Source: a virus
Lineage: Duplodnaviria; Caudoviricetes
Strand: one strand, 5' to 3'
DNA length: 52,144 bases
IMG/VR virus record: IMGVR_UViG_3300033146_001792
Location: 1-52,144 of that record
The notes beneath the pieces were generated by a model. The model did no database searches, was not told the DNA's origin, and was given only the letters and a program-made list of their open reading frames with translations. The translations under genes and the position numbers were made by a program. Numbering within the stretch: the stretch's first letter is position 1; every line of letters starts with the position of its first letter. Of the stretch, positions 30,062 to 39,774 are shown one piece after another.

Positions 30062-31384
30062 TTATCCCTCTGCTATACAGTCTTTAATCAATTCCATCAC
30101 TATAACGTGCTTATCAGTGTCAAATTTGTGTCTTAATGCTGTTACGAGGTATTCCCCCTTTAATCTTGGATCGTCCTTTTCAGACGTATTTTCGGCCTCT
30201 GGTGAAGGTATATTAAATGTGATTATATCACCAACCTTTCTTGTAAAATTTCCTATAGCCCATACTCTAATTTTTAAATACTTAATAATTTGCTTTTGGG
30301 CAATTCTTTGACGAAGCCATTTATCATATTCAAAATCTGTTGTTTCATCCCATTGTTTAAAATGTTTATTAATTACTGTTAAACGAGCATTACCCGGATC
30401 ACTGGCAAATGAATCGGTTATATCAGATTCTACCAATGGCCCACCATCACCTGTATGTGATAATTCTTCAAACATTTCCTGATAATCATATTCATCTTTG
30501 AGAATAAAATTATCAGCTTCCTGACCTGTGGGAAAATAATCAAATTGTTTTTTATTCAAAATATCATGAATCAGTAGTCTATTTCCAAACATACCATTTA
30601 AACCATAATAAAGAATTTCTCCTGTATCCATATATTCATAATTTGATACCGCAAAATAATCTTGTTCAGAAACTTTTTCTCTATTTTTTACGGCTACTGT
30701 ATATGTTGCGACTGAATCTTTACTCATGAGAGATTCAACAGATTCATAATGAAATTCATCTTTATCTTCCCAAAATAACCAATTACAAGCAGATTGACTT
30801 CTACTTCTACCAGCAAGCCAACTAAAACATGTAAGTGGTTTCCATCTTGGAATTATAACATTAAATGATCCTTCGGTATCTTCTACTTTTAGACTTTTTG
30901 CTTTAAGACCGCCACGTAAACCAGCAGGAGACATAAATTTTGAATCAAAAATATCTTGAACAATTTGAGAATATGGTTGTTGAGTATATGATCTTGATAT
31001 TCTGGTACGAACATTTGTTGACCAACCAGCAGAAGCAAATTTAAGAGTGTACATTTGTTGGTTATCTTTCGTTTTAACACGATTCATTATTTTAATAATT
31101 TCAAACATACCATCAATACTTCCACCATCAACACTTGATTGCATTTTATCATCATTATTACATTTAAGACTTATATTGATTTGATCACCTTCGAGAAAAG
31201 GTGTATTTGCTAATAAGTTATGAGTATCAATAATAGATACGTCACCTGTAATACATGGTGATAATAAATCTTCATAAAGATTTAATTCAATCAGCATCCA
31301 TTTAACATCATCACCATTGATTTCAATTTTATCAATATTATATGTACCCGGTGAATATTCTGAACCACCTATAACACCTGCCAT
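30062..31384 (-). CDS. Baseplate hub protein (gp27-like)
   Basis: LYEDLLSPxITG..., LxGxYLVTALRHxF C-terminus; lies between gp53 and gp5. Confidence 0.7.
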   Translation of the reverse strand: MAGVIGGSEYSPGTYNIDKIEINGDDVKWMLIELNLYEDLLSPCITGDVSIIDTHNLLANTPFLEGDQINISLKCNNDDKMQSSVDGGSIDGMFEIIKIMNRVKTKDNQQMYTLKFASAGWSTNVRTRISRSYTQQPYSQIVQDIFDSKFMSPAGLRGGLKAKSLKVEDTEGSFNVIIPRWKPLTCFSWLAGRSRSQSACNWLFWEDKDEFHYESVESLMSKDSVATYTVAVKNREKVSEQDYFAVSNYEYMDTGEILYYGLNGMFGNRLLIHDILNKKQFDYFPTGQEADNFILKDEYDYQEMFEELSHTGDGGPLVESDITDSFASDPGNARLTVINKHFKQWDETTDFEYDKWLRQRIAQKQIIKYLKIRVWAIGNFTRKVGDIITFNIPSPEAENTSEKDDPRLKGEYLVTALRHKFDTDKHVIVMELIKDCIAEG

Positions 31385-31981
31385 TTATTGTCTCACTTTT
31401 GTAAAATTAGTTTGTCCCAATACTTTCCATTCTTCTTTAACTAAATGAATATATTCTTTTTTAAGAATTAAAATTTCACGTTTTTCATCATTTTTTATTA
31501 ATTCATAATCATTATTAGAAATTGATATTTTATGAGGATATGTTTCGTCAACAATAATTCCATTTGGAAGATCATATTCGTCACCAGTATCTACAGATTC
31601 CCAATGATGATGGTTATAAATATTTTCTTCTCCATATTTTTTCATTACATAATCATGTAAATCGTCACTTGTCATAGGCCATGAAAAAGTAGGATCAACC
31701 ATCCGATTCAACATCAATATAACCCAATAAAAATGACTCGAACCATACATTTTATGTGCTATAATTTCAGAAGTATCTTCGTCACGAACAACCCATTTAA
31801 TATAAATAGAACCATTTTCACGAACCAATTTAAGAAAATCAAATCTTTTCAAAAAATTCTTAATTTTCATTGTATTTCCATTACCATTTATATCATAATT
31901 AACATAAGGAAATGGTTTAAAATAATAATTCTCTTTATCATAAAATAACTCATATTGAGCATAATTATCTGGTACAGGCAT
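31385..31981 (-). CDS. gp53: Baseplate wedge subunit gp53
   Basis: YFxxFPxxxY, IAHKMYGS..YWVILMxN..WP, HHWE, NDEKRxIxIL motifs. Confidence 0.9.
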   Translation of the reverse strand: MPVPDNYAQYELFYDKENYYFKPFPYVNYDINGNGNTMKIKNFLKRFDFLKLVRENGSIYIKWVVRDEDTSEIIAHKMYGSSHFYWVILMLNRMVDPTFSWPMTSDDLHDYVMKKYGEENIYNHHHWESVDTGDEYDLPNGIIVDETYPHKISISNNDYELIKNDEKREILILKKEYIHLVKEEWKVLGQTNFTKVRQ

Positions 31982-32640
31982 TAGAAATCCTCTTTTGTTC
32001 TAATTGTAACTTCGACAAAATTCACAGTTAAAGTAGTTGTAATTGGAAAACCGTCTGTATGAACACGAACATTACCACCTGTAGAAAAATTGGCACTTAC
32101 TCCAACAACAAAACAATCTTTAATATTATCAACTAACGTTGCTCCGTCAAAACGAATTTTCCATGAATCAGGATATTTTATTCGTCTTCCATTATTTGAT
32201 AATTCACCAACAGAATGTTTTTGAAATGCGGTTACAACTTCATTAATTCCTTTTGCGTCTTTGGCATTTAACGGTAAAACAGTCCATGTAAAATTAAATC
32301 GTCTGAAATCAGTACCATTAAAAAGCATTTCTTTATTCGCATTCAGAATACCACCAGCTCTTTTTTTACCAACATCACTTCCCATGGTAGCCGCTTTCCA
32401 TGCCGCTTGTCTTGACATAAAAATTGCGTTTTCAATAGCATGATCGAATGTTTCTTTATGAGAGGCGGTATCTGTTAATGAAGCTCCATCACCAAAAGCC
32501 TTAAAAGCTCCCATTTCACCTTGATCATATTGCATAGCAACACTGGTTGCCATATCATCAGGTAACGGTAAAATTATAGTTTCCGGGCCTGATATATGAG
32601 TAAACGGCATATTCCCCTCTACGCCTACTGTAATTGACAT
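31981..32640 (-). CDS. gp48: Baseplate tail-tube cap gp48
   Basis: ILPLP, NxxxEMLFxGxDFRRFNFxWxxxP, FVEV motifs. Confidence 0.82.
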   Translation of the reverse strand: MSITVGVEGNMPFTHISGPETIILPLPDDMATSVAMQYDQGEMGAFKAFGDGASLTDTASHKETFDHAIENAIFMSRQAAWKAATMGSDVGKKRAGGILNANKEMLFNGTDFRRFNFTWTVLPLNAKDAKGINEVVTAFQKHSVGELSNNGRRIKYPDSWKIRFDGATLVDNIKDCFVVGVSANFSTGGNVRVHTDGFPITTTLTVNFVEVTIRTKEDF

Positions 32641-32661
32641 TTATGGTTCTCCTACAATTGT

Positions 32662-32686
32662 TATAAATATTCATATAATATTTATG
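32662..32686. promoter_or_regulatory. Divergent late promoters (TATAAATA on +, CATAAATA on -)
   Basis: TATAAATA at 32662-32669 faces gp4; a one-mismatch copy at 32679-32686 on the minus strand faces gp48. Confidence 0.7.
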
Positions 32687-32696
32687 AAAAAAATAT

Positions 32697-33227
32697 ATGG
32701 CATACAAAACTAAATATCAACCAAAGAATAAAGAAAAATATATAGGGGACGTAACAAAAATAGTATGTAGATCACTATGGGAAAGATCATTTGCTAAATG
32801 GTGCGACAAAAATAATCAAGTTGTACAGTGGTCAAGTGAACCATTTGGAATTCCATATTATGATAAATCCAAAGGAAAAATGCGAAAGTATTATCCTGAT
32901 TTTATTATAGAATTTGATAATGGTAAACAATATCTCATAGAAATAAAACCAAAAGATCAAACTGTTCCTCCAAAAAAACGAAAGACTAAACGATATTTAG
33001 TAGAAAAGGCAACATATACAACAAATATATGTAAATGGAAATCAGCAAAAAAATTTTGTGACGAACAAGGTTTAATATTTAGTTTATTTACAGAAGATGA
33101 TTTCAAACGAATTGGAATAAAACTTTTAAAGAAATTACCAAAAAAATATAATGGCAAAAAAAGAAAAAAGCGAGTTAATAAACAGCGTTTTCACAACCAA
33201 CAAACGTTACAAGCAAGAAGACATTAG
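32697..33227 (+). CDS. gp4: Head completion nuclease gp4 (TnsA-like)
   Basis: PKNxEKYxGD..RSLWE..WSSE..IPY..YYPDF..EIKP..QT.PP. Confidence 0.92.
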   Translation: MAYKTKYQPKNKEKYIGDVTKIVCRSLWERSFAKWCDKNNQVVQWSSEPFGIPYYDKSKGKMRKYYPDFIIEFDNGKQYLIEIKPKDQTVPPKKRKTKRYLVEKATYTTNICKWKSAKKFCDEQGLIFSLFTEDDFKRIGIKLLKKLPKKYNGKKRKKRVNKQRFHNQQTLQARRH

Positions 33228-33762
33228 AGATGCCCGAAAATGGTTTCGTGATAATGTAAAAGCTCTTCTTGCAGGTGAAGATAAATTAAAAGGAAATATG
33301 TCCGATCTTCGTTTTCGTGCCAAAACAGATGGACAAATGATTGGTAAAATGTTTTTTTACAAATACGATCCAAAATGGAAAGAAACGCTTCCATATTATG
33401 ATATGTTTCCTTTAATAATCTGTATTGATATGTATAAAGATGGCTGGTTAGGATTAAATTTGCATTATATCCCACCAGAACAAAGACGAATATTGCTGGA
33501 AAGACTTTTTGTAACACTTAATAACACAAAATTTGATAGAACAACCAGATTAAGAGTTACTTACGATATTCTTAGACAAGCATCAAAATATAGATATTTT
33601 AGACCATGTGTAAAAAGATATTTAACAGGACATATTAGATCAAAATTAAATATGATTAGACCTCAACAATGGCATAAGGCTATTTTATTACCAGTTGCCA
33701 GATTTAAGAAAGCCCCACAAAGTAAAGTATGGGCAGATTCAAAACGAATATGGAGTAGTTAA
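33151..33762 (+). CDS. gp2: DNA end protector gp2
   Basis: YDPKxKxxLPYYDxFPL, GLNLHYIPP, CVKRYL motifs. Confidence 0.93.
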   Translation: MAKKEKSELINSVFTTNKRYKQEDIRDARKWFRDNVKALLAGEDKLKGNMSDLRFRAKTDGQMIGKMFFYKYDPKWKETLPYYDMFPLIICIDMYKDGWLGLNLHYIPPEQRRILLERLFVTLNNTKFDRTTRLRVTYDILRQASKYRYFRPCVKRYLTGHIRSKLNMIRPQQWHKAILLPVARFKKAPQSKVWADSKRIWSS

Positions 33763-33763
33763 A

Positions 33764-34240
33764 ATGGGAATAGGAATAGATGATATAGTAGGTGAAATTG
33801 GTGGATATAATCTACTATTACCTAATAAATATAAAATAACATTACCTTATGCTAGTGGTGTTTCTTTTCACTGTCATACTGTAACTATACCCGGCAAATC
33901 TCTTGCTACAGAAGAATGGTTTAGATATGGCCCAATAAAAAATGTACCATATCAATTATTAGCTGAAGATTTATCTACAACATTTTATGTAGATGATACA
34001 TTACAAGGTAATAAAGAATTGTATGAATACTTCGATAAAGCCGGAAAAGAAGGCATGCAATATTATGATGAACTGATACAACAACTTGATATTGAAATTT
34101 ACGATAGAAATGGAAATATTACTTCAAAAATAAAAATTGAAGAATGTTATCCTACAGCAATTTCAACGGTTGAATTATCATATGGTGCTGAATCAATTTC
34201 AGAAACAACAATAACATGGTTTGTACACAATTTTAGTTAA
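33764..34240 (+). CDS. gp54: Tail tube initiator gp54/gp19-like
   Basis: CHTVTIPG, PY, YPTAISxVELSY; start moved to 33764, just after the gp2 stop. Confidence 0.72.
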   Translation: MGIGIDDIVGEIGGYNLLLPNKYKITLPYASGVSFHCHTVTIPGKSLATEEWFRYGPIKNVPYQLLAEDLSTTFYVDDTLQGNKELYEYFDKAGKEGMQYYDELIQQLDIEIYDRNGNITSKIKIEECYPTAISTVELSYGAESISETTITWFVHNFS

Positions 34241-34263
34241 AATATTTAAAAGGAGATAATATA

Positions 34264-34998
34264 ATGAGTAATTTACCAAAACTAAAAACACCAACACATT
34301 TTTTAACAATTCCTTCAAAGAAAAAGAAAGTAAAATATAGACCTTTCTTAGTTCAAGAAGAAAAAATATTACTTTTAATAAAAGAAAGTAATGATGAAAA
34401 AGAAATGGTAAACTGTATGAAAGAAGTAATTTCAGCATGTACATTTAATAAAGTTGATATTTCAACTTTAGCATTATTTGATATTGAGTATATGTTTCTT
34501 CAACTTCGTGCTAAATCTGTAGGTGAAGAAATTGAAATACCAATGAAATGTAAAAACATGATTCCATGTGAAGATAAAGAAGGTGAATGTGAATGTGGAA
34601 ATGTTATGAAATTTGTAATTGATTTTACAAAAGTTCGAGTAAAATTTCCAAAAAATCACACTAATAATGTGATTATTGAAGATGATATTGGTGTTACATT
34701 TCGATATCCAGACATAGATGATACAATTAATGCTAAAAAAATTGAAGAAGACCCAATTGGATATATCGCTTCATTAATTGTTTCTATTTTTGATAAAGAT
34801 AGTGTTCATGATGCCTCTATGATTAAAAAAGAAGATATGATTGAATGGTTAAATCAACTCACAAGACAGCAGTTCCAAAAAATACAGGAACAATTTTTTG
34901 ATAGTATGCCTTCTTTAGAACATACAATTAAATATACCTGTAGTAAATGTAAAAAGAAAGGGGAATATACTTTTAGAGGTATTTCTGATTTTTTTTAA
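34264..34998 (+). CDS. gp26: Baseplate hub assembly protein gp26-like
   Basis: LPKL..P..YRPFLVxEEKILL, FDIEYxFLQLRAKSVGE, CxxC..G..DFF. Confidence 0.9.
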   Translation: MSNLPKLKTPTHFLTIPSKKKKVKYRPFLVQEEKILLLIKESNDEKEMVNCMKEVISACTFNKVDISTLALFDIEYMFLQLRAKSVGEEIEIPMKCKNMIPCEDKEGECECGNVMKFVIDFTKVRVKFPKNHTNNVIIEDDIGVTFRYPDIDDTINAKKIEEDPIGYIASLIVSIFDKDSVHDASMIKKEDMIEWLNQLTRQQFQKIQEQFFDSMPSLEHTIKYTCSKCKKKGEYTFRGISDFF

Positions 34999-35171
34999 TG
35001 GCCCTTTCTCATGACAGCGTATTCAATATGTATAGAATGAATTTTGTTTTAATGACAGATTTTAAATATTCTTTGAATGAAATAGAGAACATGATGCCAT
35101 TTGAAAGGGAAATATATGTTGCCATACTACAGGATAAACTTCAAAAAGAACAGGCCCAAAGAAATAGGTAA
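34998..35171 (+). CDS. gp51: Baseplate hub assembly catalyst gp51-like (57 aa; not in ORF track)
   Basis: Own translation MALSHDSVFNMYRMNFVLMTDFKYSLNEIENMMPFEREIYVAILQDKLQKEQAQRNR; typical YSLxEIENMMPxERxIY motif. Confidence 0.85.
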   Translation: MALSHDSVFNMYRMNFVLMTDFKYSLNEIENMMPFEREIYVAILQDKLQKEQAQRNR

Positions 35172-35176
35172 TAAAA

Positions 35177-37903
35177 ATGAGTGAAAGTAAGAGACAATAT
35201 CAGCGAACTACTCAAGAAAGAGCCAATAAAAAGAAAAATGTGAACCAAGATGGTATTGGTGAAGTGCCACAAATTTCTAAAGAAAGTGAACAGGCTATTG
35301 TAAAATCCGCAAAAAATATTAATAAACTTGCGGATATACAGGAAAAGAGTGCCGATGATTTGAAAGATGTCCAAAAAATTATGAAAAAAGTTGTTGATAA
35401 AAATCAACAACTTCAACATACCGTCTCTGAACAAATAAGTAAGATTACGCACAATTTTGAATTAGCCCTTCATGAAAAAGGAAAATCAGCAAATGAAATT
35501 TCTGAAGTAGGTAACTATATTGCTAAAGAGTTGCGTACTGATATTGAAAAAGTAATCAATTCTGAACAAAAATTATCAAGAGAAGAAATTGTCGCTATTG
35601 AAAAACAAATGCCTCATTTTGATGATGTGATAAAATCTATTGATAGCGCAAACGATGGAGAAATAAAACAAGCAAAAGAATTAAGAAAATTATTACAAGA
35701 TAGTATCAATCAAAGAAAACAAATTGATCTGAATCTTCCAAAACTTATTGGTAAAGAAATAGGAAAACAATCATTAAACGGCATAGAAAATGGTTTCAGT
35801 AATATTGAAAGTAGTTTTATTAGTGCGGTAAGTGAAGACCCATTAACCGCAAAAATGGCAAGTGGTATTTTTTGGCTTATTCGTCAAGGAACATCTTCTG
35901 TATGGAATGTATGGGAAAAACAGAAAAAACATAAAGAAGAAATTGCCGAACGCCTTAGAGGTACACAAGAAGCTCTTGTAGAAACACAATTACAAGTTGC
36001 TAAAGATTTACATGATGCTGAAACAGAACATTTAAAAAATATTGAAAAAGCTGTTAAAGAGAGTTCTAAAAAACCATTTTCAGTTCATGAAGATGAAGAA
36101 TCTCCAATTGAACGATTTGAACCAGCAGAAATGCCCGGTTCGGATATTGAAATTGATCCTGATTATATTAAAAGTATAGCTTTTGATGTTTCTGCTATAA
36201 ATAGAAGAGCTGAACTTGCCGCTCAAAATGATGCTGAAGAAGCACTCGAAAGAGCTGAAAGAAACGATAAACTTCTTGATGCTATTCATGATTTAACAGA
36301 TGCTACTAAATCTCAAAAAGATAAAAAGAAAAAAGGTCTTTTAAAAGGTATTTGGGATTTTATTGCTGGAATTCCAGCTCGTTTATCTGTTGGTATTGGT
36401 AGTGCGATTACTGCTATGGTAGCAAAAATTAAAGGCAGTAAATTATTTACAATGTTTTCCGGCATAGGAAAATGGGTAAAAGGATTAAAATTTGGTGAAA
36501 AATTAGCATCAATCAAAACTATGATTCTTAAACCTGTTAAAATGTTTTCCGGCATAGGAAAATGGGTAAAAGGATTAAAATTTGGTGAAAAATTAGCATC
36601 AATTGGAAAATTAATTCTTAAACCATTTCAAATGATTGGAAAATTTGCTAAAATGATTTTCCCTATAGGAAAACTTGTCAGTAAATTTGGAAAAATGATT
36701 CCATTTGTAGGTCAAATTATCACCGCAATAGAAGGTATTTTTGGTTTCTTTAATGCTAAAGAAATATTAGGAAAAGATACTGTTACTATTATGGATAGAT
36801 TTGCTTCAGCAATTGGTGGTATTTTTGAAGGATTTGGTGAAGTTGCTGATATGCTTCTTGGATGGTTTGGATTTGAAACTGACATTAAAACATGGTTAAA
36901 TGAAAATTTCACAAAACCATTAGCCGCATTATTCAATATGGATTTATCTGAAATTTGGGATAATATGGTAGAATTTTATAGTGGTCTTTGGTCTGATTTG
37001 ACATCTGGATTAAAAGATTTCTTTTCTGGAATTTTCAATTGGGAAAATCTTAAAGAAACATTAACTACAATATGGGATTGGACACCTTTTGGAATTATTT
37101 CTAATTTAGCTGGCAACATTTATGATTTCTTTACTGAAAAATTTAGTTGGGAAAATACACTTGCTGGTATTGAAGAATTTGCTAAATGGAGTCCTATGCA
37201 TATTTTAGCAGATTTTGGTAAGAAAGCAAGAAATTGGTTAAAAAATAAATTCTCATTCTTTGGTAAAAAAGATAAAGAACCAGAAATAGTATCTAAACCA
37301 GTTGTAAAAGAAATTTCTAAACCAAAACCAAAACCAGTACCAAAAAAAGTTCCTAAATTGGAACCAATAACGCAACCTATTGAACGTGATTTTAAATTTG
37401 ATAAATTAGATTTAAATGATTATAAAAAAGCAAAACCAGTACCAAAAAAAGTTCCTAAATTGGAACCAATAACGCAACCTATTGAACGTGATTTTAAATT
37501 TGATAAATTAGATTTAAATGATTATAAAAAAGCAAAACTTGCTAATAAAATTGAACCAAATTTTTGGGAAGGTAAAAAACCAGAATTTTTACCAAAACCT
37601 AAAAAAACTTCAGAATTCATATTTGATATTAATAAAAAACCTGAAGAAACTAATTCAAAACCTGAATTACTTCCTACAGAAAAATTTAATATTAATTCAG
37701 ATCGTCCTATCGAACTTGATGCTTTAAAAATGCGTAAAGAAATTGAAAAAATAGGTGATATTGGTAAAAATATTAATATACCATCCATGCCAAAAATAGA
37801 TGCCTCAGCACCTACCACACCAATGGTATTAACAACATCACAAGCGGCACCAAGAGATAATGATCCTCATATTCAATATATGAATCAAGTTTTTGCGCCA
37901 TAA
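35177..37903 (+). CDS. Tape-measure / gp29-like protein
   Basis: 908 aa, helical N-terminus, K.IPFVGQII motif, Trp-periodic amphipathic repeats; follows gp26-gp51. Confidence 0.7.
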   Translation: MSESKRQYQRTTQERANKKKNVNQDGIGEVPQISKESEQAIVKSAKNINKLADIQEKSADDLKDVQKIMKKVVDKNQQLQHTVSEQISKITHNFELALHEKGKSANEISEVGNYIAKELRTDIEKVINSEQKLSREEIVAIEKQMPHFDDVIKSIDSANDGEIKQAKELRKLLQDSINQRKQIDLNLPKLIGKEIGKQSLNGIENGFSNIESSFISAVSEDPLTAKMASGIFWLIRQGTSSVWNVWEKQKKHKEEIAERLRGTQEALVETQLQVAKDLHDAETEHLKNIEKAVKESSKKPFSVHEDEESPIERFEPAEMPGSDIEIDPDYIKSIAFDVSAINRRAELAAQNDAEEALERAERNDKLLDAIHDLTDATKSQKDKKKKGLLKGIWDFIAGIPARLSVGIGSAITAMVAKIKGSKLFTMFSGIGKWVKGLKFGEKLASIKTMILKPVKMFSGIGKWVKGLKFGEKLASIGKLILKPFQMIGKFAKMIFPIGKLVSKFGKMIPFVGQIITAIEGIFGFFNAKEILGKDTVTIMDRFASAIGGIFEGFGEVADMLLGWFGFETDIKTWLNENFTKPLAALFNMDLSEIWDNMVEFYSGLWSDLTSGLKDFFSGIFNWENLKETLTTIWDWTPFGIISNLAGNIYDFFTEKFSWENTLAGIEEFAKWSPMHILADFGKKARNWLKNKFSFFGKKDKEPEIVSKPVVKEISKPKPKPVPKKVPKLEPITQPIERDFKFDKLDLNDYKKAKPVPKKVPKLEPITQPIERDFKFDKLDLNDYKKAKLANKIEPNFWEGKKPEFLPKPKKTSEFIFDINKKPEETNSKPELLPTEKFNINSDRPIELDALKMRKEIEKIGDIGKNINIPSMPKIDASAPTTPMVLTTSQAAPRDNDPHIQYMNQVFAP
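36451..36603. repeat. 63-bp perfect direct repeat with 90-bp period in the tape-measure gene
   Basis: AATGTTTTCCGGCATAGG...AATTAGCATCAAT at 36451-36513 and 36541-36603. Confidence 0.9.
37329..37538. repeat. 102-bp perfect tandem duplication in the tape-measure gene
   Basis: KPVPKKVPKLEPITQPIERDFKFDKLDLNDYKKA encoded twice by identical DNA (copies start 37329 and 37431). Confidence 0.92.
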
Positions 37904-37904
37904 T

Positions 37905-37938
37905 AAAAAAAGGGAGAATGCTTGACACTCTCCCTTTT
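37905..37938. terminator. Bidirectional terminator between the tape-measure gene and gp32
   Basis: AAAAGGGAGA...TCTCCCTTTT inverted repeat between convergent genes. Confidence 0.8.
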
Positions 37939-37962
37939 CACTACATTATAATACGTTTTTAA

Positions 37963-38889
37963 TTATTCAACATTTACATCATCAGCAAGATTTTGAAAAT
38001 ATTCCATATTATCTTCAGAACCATCACCTGAATCGGTACTATCAGGAATTTTAGCTTCTTCTTTTGATTTCTCTTTGCCCGGTGATTTAATAAAATCTTC
38101 AGCAGATTTACTTAAAGAAGATGCCCCCTTACGTCCCATAACCATATTAAAACGTTTTGTAAGGTCTTCAATTGACTTGAATTGATCTTCAGCAATTTTT
38201 GGAAGCAATGGAACTTGATCTTCATCATTAAAATCAGGACATACAGATACGCCTTCAAATTCACTTGTTTCGTAATTAGTACGTCCTTTTTTCTTACGAA
38301 TTACGAATTTGAAATTAGCTCCCTCTTCCAAATCAAAAACATCAACTGGTTCTTTTGGATCACTCAAACCATCATCAATAGGCTGTGCCATTTCCATAAT
38401 CATATCAAGAATTGACTTTCCAAATTTAAATGGAAAAACTTTTCCTTCATTATCTGGATTAGCAGGGTCTTTGATAACCAATACATTTGTGTAATACTGT
38501 TTATTTGAAAAAAATGGACGAATTTTATTTTGTAATTCTTTAGGAATTGATTTCCATTCCTGTCCACCTTTCATATCATTACCCTGTTCACACGCAGGAC
38601 ATTCTTCATCCCATCCAAGAGTACGAGGACAATTTTCAATATACCACTGTCCGGTATCACTTTTAAATCCATGTTCAAGACGTTCAACGTAATATGGGAA
38701 ATCCTCAGTTTCGAGGCCGGGAAGGAAACGAATAATAGCAGAACCATTTCCTGCTTTATCACGTTCGGGATAATAATACTCATCGTTGGAATAACTGTTA
38801 CTTCTTCCAGCAGTGGTTTTTAATACAGCTTTCAATAATTTGTCCAACTTTCCACCACTATTTCTACTTCTTAACTCTTCTAAGCTCAT
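37963..38889 (-). CDS. gp32: Single-stranded DNA-binding protein gp32
   Basis: DKAGNGSAIIRFLP, HGF..WYIENC..T...CPAC zinc ligands, DPANPDNEGKVF, acidic C-terminus. Confidence 0.95.
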   Translation of the reverse strand: MSLEELRSRNSGGKLDKLLKAVLKTTAGRSNSYSNDEYYYPERDKAGNGSAIIRFLPGLETEDFPYYVERLEHGFKSDTGQWYIENCPRTLGWDEECPACEQGNDMKGGQEWKSIPKELQNKIRPFFSNKQYYTNVLVIKDPANPDNEGKVFPFKFGKSILDMIMEMAQPIDDGLSDPKEPVDVFDLEEGANFKFVIRKKKGRTNYETSEFEGVSVCPDFNDEDQVPLLPKIAEDQFKSIEDLTKRFNMVMGRKGASSLSKSAEDFIKSPGKEKSKEEAKIPDSTDSGDGSEDNMEYFQNLADDVNVE

Positions 38890-38953
38890 AAATTTTTCTC
38901 CTAATTTTTCTCTTTTTTGACTTTTTCTGTTCTATTTCTGTTCTATTTTTTAG

Positions 38954-39559
38954 TCAGACACTTTTAGCTGACTCCATCCGATTACATCTTACTACCCCCT
39001 CAAGAATCTCTTTATACTTGGTTAAATCAAATTTTAAAAGTAATTCATATTTAGAATATTTATGCTTGTAAATATACTCAAAATTTAGGCTTTTGTCAAG
39101 AGAAAAAACAAATATTTTTTTAAAAATAATAAAAGTTTCTACATTAATATTTCCATTACAGAATTCATCAAGAACAAATTCACCTAATGAAGAATCAAAT
39201 TTGAGTCCCCGTTCCATAAGTTTATAACAATCTTGTTCAAATAAATAAGGAAAATTATTCATTTTCCCTTCCCATTTATCAGATCGTTTCTTATAATCAG
39301 AATAATTTTCTACAATATCCTTAATCCACGTAGTCGGATCACGAATAAATGCACATATAAGAATATTGACAAGTTGTTTTTCACTTTTAACTTTTTTAGC
39401 TAAAATATCATATAAACCAATTCCTTTAGTTTTCAAGAATGTTTCATATGGAGGCTTTAAAAAATGAAAATCATATTTATTTATGTCAAAATTTTCTTGA
39501 TTAAAATGTGCTTTCATCGTAAGAAATATACGATACGCATAATAACCAGTAATTCGCAT
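38954..39559 (-). CDS. gp59: Helicase loader gp59-like
   Basis: AYRxFLxMKAHF...FD..KY, IxxETF motifs; lies between gp33 and gp32. Confidence 0.82.
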   Translation of the reverse strand: MRITGYYAYRIFLTMKAHFNQENFDINKYDFHFLKPPYETFLKTKGIGLYDILAKKVKSEKQLVNILICAFIRDPTTWIKDIVENYSDYKKRSDKWEGKMNNFPYLFEQDCYKLMERGLKFDSSLGEFVLDEFCNGNINVETFIIFKKIFVFSLDKSLNFEYIYKHKYSKYELLLKFDLTKYKEILEGVVRCNRMESAKSV

Positions 39560-39774
39560 TATATAACAAAATTTTGTTCAAGTTTTAATAAATTAATATC
39601 AGCAAATTCAAGACTTAATTTTTCTCTCAATGATCTATTTACTAACGGCCCAACATATAACGGATCAATATTATGATCATCACATGCTTGTAAAACATTA
39701 TCGATAATTGACATTTCATTTTCTGAATTTAATTCTTCAACATAAATGCAAAAATCTTTTTTAGATATGATCAT
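39559..39774 (-). CDS. gp33: Late-transcription coactivator gp33-like
   Basis: F...VE...IID.VL..C...NID......L....L.EKL..E....NLL pattern; 33-59-32 synteny. Confidence 0.8.
   Translation of the reverse strand: MIISKKDFCIYVEELNSENEMSIIDNVLQACDDHNIDPLYVGPLVNRSLREKLSLEFADINLLKLEQNFVI

Noticed and set aside
32697-33227. TnsA-like transposase or mobile element
   Set aside because: It is the core T4 gp4 head-completion nuclease in its usual position beside gp2; no element ends are visible
37922-37952. Sigma70 promoter (TTGACA...TATAAT) antisense to gp32
   Set aside because: The spacer is 19 nt, the TTGACA sits in a terminator loop, and there is no downstream + strand gene
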